Shown in pieces: positions 8,912 through 18,454 of a DNA stretch of 64,000 nt. Each line of letters begins with the position of its first letter. The first letter of the stretch is position 1. Location of the stretch: contig JBKBRF010000007.1 in the NCBI GenBank assembly GCA_046292385.1, positions 32,001 through 96,000 of the forward strand. The letters run 5' to 3'. Under the pieces are notes generated by a model. That model ran no database searches, was not told the DNA's origin, and was given only the letters and a program-made list of their open reading frames with translations. Position numbers and translations under genes: made by a program. Source of the stretch: Armatimonadota bacterium (GTDB taxonomy: Bacteria > Armatimonadota > SYMT01).

Positions 8912-9418
8912 CTACACCCTCGACGCCGAGCCCTCTAGCTCCAGCAGCCGCTGCTTCGTCTCCAGGCCGTAGGCGTAGCCGGTGAGCTTGCCGCCCGAGC
9001 CGATGATGCGGTGGCAGGGGACGATCAGGCAGATCGGGTTGGCGCCGTTGGCGGCGCCGACCGCCCGGGAAGCGGTGGGGCGGCCGACGGCGGCGGCGAT
9101 CTCTCCGTAGCTCCGCGTCTCGCCGTAAGGAACGGCGGCCACCGCCTCCCACACCTGCCGCTGGAACGGCGTGCCTTTTGGGTCCAGCGGCAGGTCGAAT
9201 TCCTTGCGGCGGCCGGTGAGGTACTCGCGGAGCTGGCGGACTACCTTCGCACAGGCCTGGTCGCCGGAAGCGACGATGTCGTCCTCGTACCGGTCGCAGA
9301 GCCGGTTATAGGCGGCAGAGGGCTCGTCCAGGGAGACGAAGCAGACCCCGTCCGGCGTCACGGCGACGGTCGTGGGGCCGACCAGCGGCAGCTCTTCGGT
9401 GGTGTAGGCGACGATCAT
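8912..9418 (-). CDS. ogt: Methylated-DNA--protein-cysteine S-methyltransferase
   Basis: GTPFQRQVW, YGETRSYGEIA, RAVGAANGANP, VPCHRII. Confidence 0.95.
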   Translation of the reverse strand: MIVAYTTEELPLVGPTTVAVTPDGVCFVSLDEPSAAYNRLCDRYEDDIVASGDQACAKVVRQLREYLTGRRKEFDLPLDPKGTPFQRQVWEAVAAVPYGETRSYGEIAAAVGRPTASRAVGAANGANPICLIVPCHRIIGSGGKLTGYAYGLETKQRLLELEGSASRV

Positions 9419-9427
9419 GGGAGCGGC

Positions 9428-9460
9428 AAGAAGAAGGGCCGCCCCTAGCGGGGCGGCCCG
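9428..9460 (-). terminator. Intrinsic terminator after murA
   Basis: GGGCCGCCCC-GCTA-GGGGCGGCCC then TTCTTCTTG. Confidence 0.7.
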
Positions 9461-9487
9461 GTCGATCTCGGTCAGACCGGTACGGTC

Positions 9488-10828
9488 TTATACGACGGTC
9501 GCGTCCGGCTTGCCTGCCGGGGCTGCCAGCGTCGGTAGCGCCAGGTCGCGCTCGGCGGCGGTGCGGGTGATCTCCGCGCCGACCGACTGCAGCTTCTCCA
9601 CGAGCGCGTCGTAGCCGCGGTCCACGTGCTCCACGCCGCCGATGGTGCTCTCCCCCTCGGCTGCGAGCGCGGCCACGATCATCGCGGCCCCGGCGCGCAG
9701 GTCGGTCGAGGTCACCACGGCGCCGGTCAACTGCGGCACGCCGTGCACGAAGGCGGTGCGGCCTTCCACGCGGACGTCGGCGCCCATCCGCTGCAGCTCG
9801 CTGACGTAGCGGAACCGGTTCTCGAAGACCCGGTCGGTCACCATCGCCGCGCCCTCGCTCACGGAGAGCAGGGCGACCATCGGCTGCTGCATGTCGGTCG
9901 GGAAGCCAGGGTGCGGCATCGCCAGGATGTCGACCGCCCGGCAGCGCCCCTTCATGCTCACACGCAGGCGCCCGGGGGCGTTCTCGTCCTCATCGAGCTG
10001 CTCCAGCGTGACGCCCATGTCCCGCAGCTTCACCAGCACCGGCTGCAGGTGCGCCGGCACCACGTTCTCCAGGATCAGGTCGCCCCGGGTGATGGCCGCC
10101 GCGCACGCGTAGGTGCCCGCTTCCATCCGGTCCGGGATCACGGAGTACTCGGCCCCCGCCCGGAGCTGCTTCACGCCCTCGATAATGACGGTCGAGGTGC
10201 CGGCGCCGGTCACCTGGCCGCCCAGGCTGCAGAGGAAGTGGGCCAGGTCGACCACTTCCGGCTCCGTAGCGGCGTTCTCGATGATCGTCACGCCCTCCGC
10301 CATGCAGGCGGCGGTCATCAGGTGGGTCGTGGCGCCCGCGCTCGGGAAGTCGAGGTAGATCCGCGCGCCGACCAGCTTCTCGGCCGAAGCTTCCACGATG
10401 CCGCCGTCGTTCCGCACGTCGGCGCCCAGCGCCCGCAGACCCTTGATGTGGAAGTCGACCGGCCGGGCGCCGATGTCGCACCCGCCGGGCTGGGCCACGC
10501 GGGCATGGCCCAGGCGCGCCAGCATCGGGCCGAGGACGTAGAATGAAGCGCGCATCTTGCGCACCAGCTCTTCCGGCGCGCTCGTCCGGCAGAAGCCGGT
10601 GGCGTCGATCTTCACCACACCGTCGGTGCTGAAGCGCACCTCTGCTCCCACCTCCTGGAGCATCTCCGCCATGGTGTGGATGTCCCGGATGTCCGGGACG
10701 TTGTGGAGCGTGGTGACGCCGTCTACCAGCAAGCAGGCCGCCATCAACGGCAGACTGGCGTTCTTGCTGCCGCTTACTCGAATGGAGCCCTGCAAAGGAA
10801 TGCCACCGCGAACGTAAATCTTATCCAC
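9488..10828 (-). CDS. murA: UDP-N-acetylglucosamine 1-carboxyvinyltransferase
   Basis: SGSKNASLP, MRASFYVLGP, PGGCDIGARPVDFH, PGFPTDMQ, DLRAGAA. Confidence 0.98.
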   Translation of the reverse strand: MDKIYVRGGIPLQGSIRVSGSKNASLPLMAACLLVDGVTTLHNVPDIRDIHTMAEMLQEVGAEVRFSTDGVVKIDATGFCRTSAPEELVRKMRASFYVLGPMLARLGHARVAQPGGCDIGARPVDFHIKGLRALGADVRNDGGIVEASAEKLVGARIYLDFPSAGATTHLMTAACMAEGVTIIENAATEPEVVDLAHFLCSLGGQVTGAGTSTVIIEGVKQLRAGAEYSVIPDRMEAGTYACAAAITRGDLILENVVPAHLQPVLVKLRDMGVTLEQLDEDENAPGRLRVSMKGRCRAVDILAMPHPGFPTDMQQPMVALLSVSEGAAMVTDRVFENRFRYVSELQRMGADVRVEGRTAFVHGVPQLTGAVVTSTDLRAGAAMIVAALAAEGESTIGGVEHVDRGYDALVEKLQSVGAEITRTAAERDLALPTLAAPAGKPDATVV

Positions 10829-11034
10829 TGGTTCCTGCCTCCCTACTGAAACCGGGTTACTTCGAAGCGCATATACCCGGCTCCGGCGGGTTACACGTCC
10901 TCACGCGAAATAGTCGGTGAATCCGCGGCAAGCAAACAGTGGTTCGTTTGGATGGCGGCTTCTCATTCAAAAGCGGGATCCTCCACCGGTCCTGTGCAGC
11001 GGCCCGATCGGCGTCCGACCGAGAGTCCGCGCGG

Positions 11035-11064
11035 ATGATAGCCGGGCGGGCTGGCGGTCGTCAA
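11035..11064 (-). promoter_or_regulatory. Sigma70-type promoter for murA
   Basis: TTGACG-18 nt-TATCAT on the minus strand. Confidence 0.55.
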
Positions 11065-11145
11065 CTTCTGCAGCGGGAGTACGTCCGGCTCCGTTCCCTG
11101 CTCTGTTAGTGGCCCGAAGCGGCGCCGAAGTTCGGTTTCCCCGGC

Positions 11146-12561
11146 TCAATCTTCTCTCCGGGCGAGCGCCGCGTGCGCCAGCTCCACTCCCACCCCCTGC
11201 AGGCGGATCCGCCGCTTCCCGGCGGGCAGCCCCACTCGCACCGTCGGGCACTCGTCCAGGGTGGCGACGAGTTGCTCGCCGCTCCGCCGCACCGTCAGCG
11301 TGTGCCACGCCTCGGCGCGGAACCCGGCCGGCAGTGCCGCGGAGGCGCTCCCCACGCGGAGCTTGCCGTCTGCGATCCATACCTCCAGGTCCCCGACCGC
11401 CGCGCCCCAGCGGCCGCCGGACTGCGTGGCACGGCCGGAGCACTCCAGTACGAACCGGTCCTGCGGCTCCTCTAACTCCAGGATAGACCTGTCCCCGCGG
11501 GATTGGAGCCCCTCCTCTCCGCGCTCCCAGCCCGCCGCGCCGCTCCACTCGTCGCCCGGCGGCGCCTCGTCGAACCACGAGAGGTAGTCCGGCATCCTCG
11601 GCGCCGGCTGCGGCGTAGAGGTCGGCCCGGCGCAGGCCGGCCGGCCGTCGTGCCAGACCAGCCGGTCGATGCGCGGGTAGCGCGCGGTGCACTCGTGGTC
11701 CCAGCCGTGGTAGACCATCCACTGCGACTGCAGGTCCGGTCCCAGCACCACGGAGTTGTGGCCGGGGCCGATGACGCGGCCGGGATCGGTGCGGAGCACC
11801 TGCGGCCCTGTCGCGTTGGCGTCGTCCACCCACGGCCCAAAGGGATGGTCGGCGAACGCATAGGCAACACCGTAGTTCGGATTCTCCCACCGGCCGCCGC
11901 TGTAGAGGAGGCAGTAGCGGTCCCCGACCGGCAGCACGAACGGTCCCTCGACGGTGTACCAATCGAGGTTGCCCTTGATCGCCCGCTCCAGCTCGAACAC
12001 CTGCCAGTCCGCGTACGGGCGCAGCACCTCCTGGCGCTCTCCCGCCAGCCGGTCCATCGTGATGAGCCGGTCGACCACCAGCCCGGTGCCGGAGAAGGGC
12101 GGCGTCAGCCAGTCGCGCGCGTAGAACAGGTACCACTGGCCGTCCCGCGGATCCCGGAACGGGTGGCCGTCGATCGCGAACGCTTCGGTGGGGGTCAGGT
12201 CGACGTCGCAGTCCCGCCACGGGCCGAGCGGATGCTCCGCCACCGCGACCCGCAGGTGGTGGTCCGGCGACTCGCCGTTTCCGAGCGCGTAGTAGAGGTA
12301 GAAGCGCCCTTCCGAGTAGGCCACTTCCGGGGCCCAGTAGTCTTCCTTGTCCGGAAACTTCAGCGGGTCGAGCACTCCGCCGCGCGGCTCCCAGTGGACC
12401 AGATCCCGCGAGGTGAGCATCTGCATGGCGCGGCCGTCCGGCGCGTAGTCGGTCGCGTAAGCGTAGTAGCGGCCGTTGAAGCGGAGCACGAACGGGTCGG
12501 GAAAGTTGCGGTCGTAGACCGGGTTCTGGTAGGTCCCGGCGGTTCGGGTCGGTTGGCTCAA
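11146..12561 (-). CDS. Glycoside hydrolase family 43 protein with a C-terminal beta domain
   Basis: YQNPV..FPDPFV, WAPEV, IDGHPF, EGPFV, GPGHNSVV. Confidence 0.9.
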   Translation of the reverse strand: MSQPTRTAGTYQNPVYDRNFPDPFVLRFNGRYYAYATDYAPDGRAMQMLTSRDLVHWEPRGGVLDPLKFPDKEDYWAPEVAYSEGRFYLYYALGNGESPDHHLRVAVAEHPLGPWRDCDVDLTPTEAFAIDGHPFRDPRDGQWYLFYARDWLTPPFSGTGLVVDRLITMDRLAGERQEVLRPYADWQVFELERAIKGNLDWYTVEGPFVLPVGDRYCLLYSGGRWENPNYGVAYAFADHPFGPWVDDANATGPQVLRTDPGRVIGPGHNSVVLGPDLQSQWMVYHGWDHECTARYPRIDRLVWHDGRPACAGPTSTPQPAPRMPDYLSWFDEAPPGDEWSGAAGWERGEEGLQSRGDRSILELEEPQDRFVLECSGRATQSGGRWGAAVGDLEVWIADGKLRVGSASAALPAGFRAEAWHTLTVRRSGEQLVATLDECPTVRVGLPAGKRRIRLQGVGVELAHAALARRED

Positions 12562-12608
12562 CGTTATCGTCCTGGCAAGGGGAGAGTGCGATCGCTAAAG
12601 ACCTAATC

Positions 12609-13724
12609 TTACCGCTGCTCCAGCGGCGGGACGGAGCGGGGCTCCGGTCCGATGTACTTCGCACGGGGGCGGATCAACCGGTTGGCGTCGAGCTGCTCGA
12701 TCACGTGGGCGCACCAGCCGCTCGTCCGGGCGGCGACGAAGATCGGCGTGTAGAGATCCGGAGGGACGCCGAGCAGGTGGTAGACCCAGGCGCAGGGGAA
12801 GTCGACGTTCGGCTTCAATCCCTTCTCCCTCTCCACCGTCTCCTGGATCGCGTCGGCGGTCTCGAGCCAGTGGAGGTCTCCGCGCGCGCGGGCCAGGTGC
12901 TCGCCCACTTCGCGCAGGATCACGGCCCGGCTGTCGCCCTGGCGGACCACCCGGTGGCCGAACCCCATAATCCGCTCCCGCCGCCCCAGCCGCTCCCGGA
13001 CCCAGGCATCCGCCCGCTCCGGGGAGCCGACCTCCCGCAGCATCGCCAGCGCCGCCTCGTTGGCGCCGCCGTGCAGCGGCCCCTTCAGCGCTCCGATCGC
13101 GGCGACGATCCCGGAGTGGAGATCGGAGAGGGTGGAGACGACCACCCGCGCGGCGAAGGTCGAGGCGTTCAGCTCGTGCTCCGCGTAGAGGATGAGCGAG
13201 ACGTCCATCGCCCGCACCGCCTCTGGGTCCGGCTCGCGCCCGGTCAGGCTCCGGAGCAGGTAGGCGGCCTGGCCCTCCTCCGGGCGGGGCGCCGGCGCCG
13301 TCTCGCCCCGCCGTGCCGCGTGCCACTCGGCCAGGAGGGCAGGAAGCTGGGCGAGGAGCCGGATCGACTTCCGCACGTTCGCGTCGTGGGAGCCGTCGCC
13401 CACCTCCGGCTCGAAGTGCGCCTGCAGGCTGACGGCGGAGCGGAGCGCGTCCATCGGCGGCGCGCCGGCCGGGATCCGGCGGACCAGCTCCCGAAGCTCC
13501 GCGGGAACGGCGCGAGACCGCGCCAGCTGCGAGCTGAAGTCGCGCAGCGCCTCCCGGCCGGGCAGTTCTCCGCAGAGCAGGAGGTGTGCGACCTCTTCGA
13601 AGCTGCAGCTCCGGGCGAGCTCCGCAATCGGGTAGCCGCGGTAGAAGAGCCCCTCCTCCGTGATGGTGCAGATCGAGGTCTCCCCGGCGATGACCCCTTC
13701 CAACCCGGGACTGAAGTCGCTCAT
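12609..13724 (-). CDS. prpC: 2-methylcitrate synthase / citrate synthase
   Basis: PGLEGVIAGET, YAEHELNASTF, GPLHGGANE, MGFGHRV, PNVDF; adjacent to prpB. Confidence 0.85.
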   Translation of the reverse strand: MSDFSPGLEGVIAGETSICTITEEGLFYRGYPIAELARSCSFEEVAHLLLCGELPGREALRDFSSQLARSRAVPAELRELVRRIPAGAPPMDALRSAVSLQAHFEPEVGDGSHDANVRKSIRLLAQLPALLAEWHAARRGETAPAPRPEEGQAAYLLRSLTGREPDPEAVRAMDVSLILYAEHELNASTFAARVVVSTLSDLHSGIVAAIGALKGPLHGGANEAALAMLREVGSPERADAWVRERLGRRERIMGFGHRVVRQGDSRAVILREVGEHLARARGDLHWLETADAIQETVEREKGLKPNVDFPCAWVYHLLGVPPDLYTPIFVAARTSGWCAHVIEQLDANRLIRPRAKYIGPEPRSVPPLEQR

Positions 13725-13763
13725 CTCGCCCTCCTCGGGTCCCCGGTGAAAACCACTGGCTGC

Positions 13764-13824
13764 TGCAGGTTGACCCCGCGTCAGGCGGAGCTCGGAACCT
13801 GCAAACCTGCAACCTGCGAACCTG
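13764..13824. repeat. CAGGTT/AACCTG-family repeat between prpB and prpC
   Basis: GCAGGTTG...GGAACCTGCAAACCTGCAACCTGCGAACCTG. Confidence 0.8.
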
Positions 13825-13858
13825 TTCACTCACGAGGCCGCAGCCCTGGCGGCGGCGA

Positions 13859-14722
13859 CTACTCGTATCCGGCGATCTTCTCGTCCAGCGCGGCGTACTC
13901 CGCGTAGCGCACCAGCTCGTACAGCTCCGCCCGGGTCTGCATCCGGTCCAGGAAGCCCTGCTGCGTCCCTTCCGCCGCCAGCCGGGAGAACGCCTCTTCC
14001 ACCGCCTTCATCGCCACGCGGAACGCCGTCATCGGAAAGAGCGCCAGCCGGTAGCCGAGCTCCCCGAGCTCCGCCACCGAGAGGTACGGCGTCTTCCCGA
14101 ACTCGGTGATGTTGGCGAGCAGCGGCACCCGGATCTCCCGGGCGAAGAGCGCCAGCTCCTCCCGAGAGCGCAGCCCTTCCGGGAAGATCACGTCGGCGCC
14201 CGCCGCCACGTACCGCTGCGCCCGCGCCAGCGCCGCCTCCACCCCTTCCACCGCCGCCGCGTCGGTGCGCGCGATCACCACGAAGTCAGGATCGCGCCGC
14301 GCCTCGACCGCCGCCGCGACCTTCCGCTCCATCTCCTCCGGCGACACCAGCCGCTTGCCCGCCAGGTGTCCACACCGCTTGGGGCTCTCCTGGTCCTCTA
14401 GATGCATACCCCCAATCCCGGCCCCTTCGAACTCCCGAACGGTGCGCATCACGTTCAGCACTTCGCCGAAGCCGGTGTCGGCATCCACGATCACCGGCAG
14501 GGAGACCGCCTCCGCGGTATAGCGGGCGTGCCGCACCACCTCTTCCAGCGACATCAGCCCCACGTCCGGAAAGCCCGCCACCCCGTTGGCGGTCCCGGCC
14601 CCCGAGACGTAGACCGCGGAGAACCCGGCGCGCTCCGCCAGCAGCGCCGTCGCCGCGTTGAACACGCCCGGAACGGCGTGCGTCCCACTCTCCAGCAGTC
14701 TCCGCAGCGCCCGGGCACTCAT
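13859..14722 (-). CDS. prpB: 2-methylisocitrate lyase
   Basis: DADTGFG, HLEDQ..PKRCGH, IARTDA, LANITEFGKTP, MQTRAELY. Confidence 0.95.
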   Translation of the reverse strand: MSARALRRLLESGTHAVPGVFNAATALLAERAGFSAVYVSGAGTANGVAGFPDVGLMSLEEVVRHARYTAEAVSLPVIVDADTGFGEVLNVMRTVREFEGAGIGGMHLEDQESPKRCGHLAGKRLVSPEEMERKVAAAVEARRDPDFVVIARTDAAAVEGVEAALARAQRYVAAGADVIFPEGLRSREELALFAREIRVPLLANITEFGKTPYLSVAELGELGYRLALFPMTAFRVAMKAVEEAFSRLAAEGTQQGFLDRMQTRAELYELVRYAEYAALDEKIAGYE

Positions 14723-14753
14723 ACAGGCCTCCTCATCACCACCACTCTTGCAC

Positions 14754-14782
14754 TACAATGATGATACCGCGACCTGGTGTCA
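14754..14782 (+). promoter_or_regulatory. TA promoter -10 box and palindromic operator
   Basis: TACAAT (14754-14759) followed by imperfect inverted repeat TGATACC-N7-GGTGTCA. Confidence 0.5.
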
Positions 14783-14797
14783 CGAGGGGTTATAGTG

Positions 14798-15049
14798 ATG
14801 GCCACGAGGAACTTGACTGTCCGACTGCCGGAAGAGCTTTTTGCTGAGAGCGAGAGCCTGGCAAGAGAGCGGAACGTGAGTCTGAACCGCCTGGTACAAG
14901 AAGGGCTCACGACCCTTCTCCGGGCTCAGCGTTACCAGCGACTCTACGAGGCGTTTGGCGAGCTGGGCGACGATCCGGATGAGATGGACGTAGAGTTCGC
15001 GGCTGAAGCGCAGTTCGAGGCGACCAGAGAAGATGAACGAGCAGCCTAG
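14798..15049 (+). CDS. Ribbon-helix-helix antitoxin
   Basis: NLTVRLPEEL...ARERNVSLNRLV RHH pattern; acidic C-terminus; overlaps the toxin. Confidence 0.8.
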   Translation: MATRNLTVRLPEELFAESESLARERNVSLNRLVQEGLTTLLRAQRYQRLYEAFGELGDDPDEMDVEFAAEAQFEATREDERAA

Positions 15050-15386
15050 CCGCGGCGAGATCTGGTGGGTCGACTGGTCGCCGGGTCGTGGTTCCGAACA
15101 GTTGGGACGCCGCCCTGCGCTCGTCATCCAGACTGACGCCGCAAACCAAAACCCGCGCTACGGCAACACCATCGTCGCTGCCATTTCGACGAAAGGACGC
15201 CCACTGCCGTTCCACGTACCGGTCACTCCCACCCAGGAAAGCGGTCTCTCCAGGCCATCCTGGGTGAAGTGCGAGCAAATCCTTACGGTCAGTAAGGAAC
15301 GGTTGCTACAGAGACTTGGCGCGCTTAACCCTGGGGAGCTAGCCCGAGTAGAGCAAGCGCTTCGCCTGGTTCTGGATCTGGATTAG
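15033..15386 (+). CDS. mazF: PemK/MazF family endoribonuclease toxin
   Basis: RGEIWWVD, GSEQLGRRPALVIQ, SGL.RPSWVKCEQI.TVSKERL. Confidence 0.93.
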   Translation: MNEQPSRGEIWWVDWSPGRGSEQLGRRPALVIQTDAANQNPRYGNTIVAAISTKGRPLPFHVPVTPTQESGLSRPSWVKCEQILTVSKERLLQRLGALNPGELARVEQALRLVLDLD

Positions 15387-15419
15387 CCTCTTCGGGCCTA
15401 ACCGTCTCCACCAGCAACT

Positions 15420-15565
15420 CCCTCTGCGACTCCTCTGCGCCCTCGGCGGCCTCTGCGGTAAACCCTGGTTCGGACCGGGGCGCGCTACAGGACTCGTGAG
15501 GCGGACCAAGCCCGACCCCCTGGGTTCCGGTTCTCTCCGCGCACTCCGCGTCTCTGTGGTGAAAA
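15420..15565. repeat. CTCTGCG/CACCGCAGAG-family REP-like repeats
   Basis: CCTCTGCG..CTCTGCGCCCTCGGCGGCCTCTGCGGTAAA and CTCCGCGTCTCTGTGGTGAA. Confidence 0.7.
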
Positions 15566-15571
15566 ACCCCG

Positions 15572-16360
15572 TTAGATCCCCTCCCCTGCCTCGCCGGTGA
15601 CCGGCCGGAGGGCCACGCAGTGCAGGTACGGCGTGCGGAGGCTGTCCAGGGAGACGTCGGAGCGGGGGCGGCCGGTCTCGTCCTCGCCGTAGATCCGCAG
15701 GTCGGCCAGGCCGGTGGCGGCGGCGAGGGCGCGCAGTTCCGGCAGGGTGTAGGCCCGGTAGCGGGCGGCGGGCAGGTCGCGCCGGGTACCGTCGGCCAGG
15801 ATGCAGCGGACACGGCTGACCACCGTCCCAGCGTCGAAGTCGAACCGGTGGCGCCGCACCACGTCGGTCCGCTCGATCAGCCGGTGCTCCGTCCGCGGCG
15901 CCCGCGCCCAGTAGTAGGGGTTGCAGGTAGCGAAGATGACCCGCCCGCCCGGCTTGAGGGCGGTCGCGACGGCGCGCATCATCGCCGCGTTGTCCGCGTC
16001 CGAGAAGGCGCCGAAGTCGAGCATCAGCGCGCCGTCGAAGACGCTCCGCTCCGGGAGGCTGCGGAGGTCCGCCTGGCGGAACTCGATCTCGGCGTGGTGC
16101 TCCCGCGCGGCGCCGCGGCCGAGAGAGAGCAGCCACTCCGCTTCCTCCACGGCGGTGACCTGGTAGCCCCACTGCGCCAGCCGCACGCTCACCGCGCCGG
16201 TCCCGCAGCCCAGCTCCAGCACCCGGCCGCCCGCGGGGAGGTCGAGCGTCTCCGTCAGGAACGGCAGCGACTCATCCGCTTCGTTGAAGTCCCCCATGTG
16301 CCCCAGGAACTCCAGCCCCGGGATCTGCCGCAAGTGCATCCGCCACCAGACGTGATTCAT
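15572..16360 (-). CDS. Class I SAM-dependent methyltransferase
   Basis: VLELGCGTG, FRQADLR, LKPGGRV. Confidence 0.9.
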   Translation of the reverse strand: MNHVWWRMHLRQIPGLEFLGHMGDFNEADESLPFLTETLDLPAGGRVLELGCGTGAVSVRLAQWGYQVTAVEEAEWLLSLGRGAAREHHAEIEFRQADLRSLPERSVFDGALMLDFGAFSDADNAAMMRAVATALKPGGRVIFATCNPYYWARAPRTEHRLIERTDVVRRHRFDFDAGTVVSRVRCILADGTRRDLPAARYRAYTLPELRALAAATGLADLRIYGEDETGRPRSDVSLDSLRTPYLHCVALRPVTGEAGEGI

Positions 16361-16399
16361 TCCCCCTCCGACCGTGCGCCCGCGGGCGCGATTGAGCTG

Positions 16400-16473
16400 T
16401 TGCAGGTTAGCAAGTTGGCAGGTTGCAGGTTAGATTCCGCCCGAAGGGGTTCGGAGCCCGGGAACCTGCAACC
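16400..16473. repeat. CAGGTT/AACCTG-family palindromic repeat
   Basis: GCAGGTTAGCAAGTTGGCAGGTTGCAGGTTAG...GGGGTTCGG...GGAACCTGCAACC. Confidence 0.8.
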
Positions 16474-16608
16474 CGAAAACGGAACAGGGCAGGCTTAACG
16501 AAGCCATGCCGGAAGCACCCGGGTCGCCAGCGAGCAGGAGCGCGATCTCCCGTCTACGGAGGGTTCGGCTTTAGCCTTTAGCCTTTTGATTTTAGCCTTT
16601 AGGATCCC

Positions 16609-17994
16609 TCAGAGCTTCTGGCGCGCCTTCAGCTCCAGGTACCGGTTTACCACGGAGACGGAGAGCTCTTCCGGTGCGGAATCGAGGACCAGCGCCCCGA
16701 GCTTGTGCAGGCTCTCCTGGATCCGCCGCCGCTCGCCCAGCAGGTCGAGCGCCACGGTGCGCGCGTACATCTCCGCCGCGCTCTCCACCGGGCGCCGGGC
16801 GGCGGCGACCACTCGCTCGTCCTGCAGCGTCACGCAGAGCGGCAGGTGGGTAGGGAGCAGGAGCCGCAGGTAGGTTACCAGCTCCGCGGAAGTCTCTTCG
16901 TCGACCAGGTCGGTGAAGAAGACGACCAGCGACCGTCGCTTCACGCGGGTGGCGATCTGCTCCAGCGCGCCGCGGTAGTCGACGTGGCAGAGCCGCGCCT
17001 CCACGCCGTAGAGCAGCTCCAGGCACTGGCGGAGCTGCGGCTCGCCTTTGCCGAGCGGCAGGTAGGCGTCGACCTCATCCGAGACGATCATCAGCCCCAC
17101 GCGGTCGCCGGCCCGCAGCGCCACGTGCGCCAGCATCAGGGCGGCGTTGATCGCGTAGTCGAGCTTCGCCAGCTTCCCCACGCGGCCCGCCATCATCCGG
17201 CCCGCGTCGAGCACGATCAGCACGTTCTGGCTGCGCTCCACCTCGTAGACGCGGCTCATCGGGCGGTGGCGGCGGGCCGTCGCCTTCCAGTCGATCTGCC
17301 GGTACTCGTCGTCCGGGGTGTAGTCCCGGATCCGCTCGAACTCGGTGCCGCGCCCGATGTGGCGGGAGCGGTGGATGCCGAATTCACCCAGGCGGCTGCG
17401 GCGCGCCATCAGCTCGTACCGGGCGACCTCCCGCAGGTCGGGATAGGTGCGCACCTCCGCCGGGGCGGGGAGGGTCCACTGCCGCACCGCCAGTCCCGGC
17501 GCGTGCTCCACGCGGAGGTGCAGGTCGCCCAGCTCGTACCGCCCCCGCGCCGGGGAAATGACGTGGTACGTCAGGGTCGCCTCCTCCTGCGACCGCAGGG
17601 TGAGCGAGCCGGGCAGCCCTTCCACGTCCCAGGTCGGCGGCAGGGTGTCCTGGATCGTGAGCCGCAGTGGGAAGCGGCTGTAGTTGCGCACCCGCAGCTC
17701 CACGCACTCCCGCTCCCCGAGCGAGAGCCGCTCCGGAGCCAGGCGCACCACCTCCACGTCTTTCGGACGGATCCCCAGCAGCGCGTTGCCCGCCATCAGC
17801 ACGCCGCAGACCGCCAGGTAGAGCAGCGCCACCGCGAAGAACGCGGGCGAGACGACCGCCAGCGCCGCCGGCGCCAGCCCCAGCGCCGCCAGCAGCAGCA
17901 TGCGGCGGCTGGGGAGCACGCGGGAGCGGAGGGCAGGAGCTTCGGCAGATGACATAAGAGCGAAAGGCGGCGGACGCCTAAAGAAGTCCCCCAC
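16609..17994 (-). CDS. DUF58 (vWA-like) membrane protein
   Basis: GTEFERIRDY.PDD.YRQIDWKATAR, LDAGRMM, DRVGL, VVFFTDL; start codon uncertain. Confidence 0.9.
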   Translation of the reverse strand: MGDFFRRPPPFALMSSAEAPALRSRVLPSRRMLLLAALGLAPAALAVVSPAFFAVALLYLAVCGVLMAGNALLGIRPKDVEVVRLAPERLSLGERECVELRVRNYSRFPLRLTIQDTLPPTWDVEGLPGSLTLRSQEEATLTYHVISPARGRYELGDLHLRVEHAPGLAVRQWTLPAPAEVRTYPDLREVARYELMARRSRLGEFGIHRSRHIGRGTEFERIRDYTPDDEYRQIDWKATARRHRPMSRVYEVERSQNVLIVLDAGRMMAGRVGKLAKLDYAINAALMLAHVALRAGDRVGLMIVSDEVDAYLPLGKGEPQLRQCLELLYGVEARLCHVDYRGALEQIATRVKRRSLVVFFTDLVDEETSAELVTYLRLLLPTHLPLCVTLQDERVVAAARRPVESAAEMYARTVALDLLGERRRIQESLHKLGALVLDSAPEELSVSVVNRYLELKARQKL

Positions 17995-18014
17995 GCCGCC
18001 CCCGATCTCCTCTT

Positions 18015-18368
18015 CGAACCGGATTCACCACGGAGCGCACAGAGGGCACCGAGATTTCGAACCGGATTCACCGCAGGGAATTGAACCGCCAAGACGCCAA
18101 GCTCGCCAAGAGGGATGGGCCGGGTTCGCCTGTCGAGTACCGTACAGCGGCCCCGGGCCGAACCGATTTCACCGCAGAGATCGCGGAGAGCGCAGAGGGG
18201 ACGCAGAGAGGGGAAGAGAGGGTTAGGCCAGATCCGCTGACGAGTCCGTGAGCGGCCCCGGAGTTTCTCCTTCTGGTTCCCCTCTCTGCGCCCTCTGCGC
18301 TCTCTGCGGTGAAATCCCGTTCGGTTCCTCTCGGTGCCCTCTGTGCGCTCCGTGGTGAATCCGGTTCG
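18015..18368. repeat. 354-bp nested palindromic element with a perfect 40-bp terminal inverted repeat
   Basis: 18015-18054 is the exact reverse complement of 18329-18368; an inner imperfect inverted pair lies near 18165-18197 and 18284-18316. Confidence 0.9.
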
Positions 18369-18454
18369 GAGGTCCCGGGGGTGGTTGGCTGCCGGGGAGA
18401 CACGGTATGATCTTCCTGCGCTTGCCCGGAACAGGCCGGCGAAGCGTACTGAGG

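Noticed and set aside
16609..17994. DUF58 without an adjacent MoxR ATPase; also prpBC without prpD, and aroQ-peptidase without efp
   Set aside because: The partners may lie elsewhere in the genome; this cannot be judged from one window.
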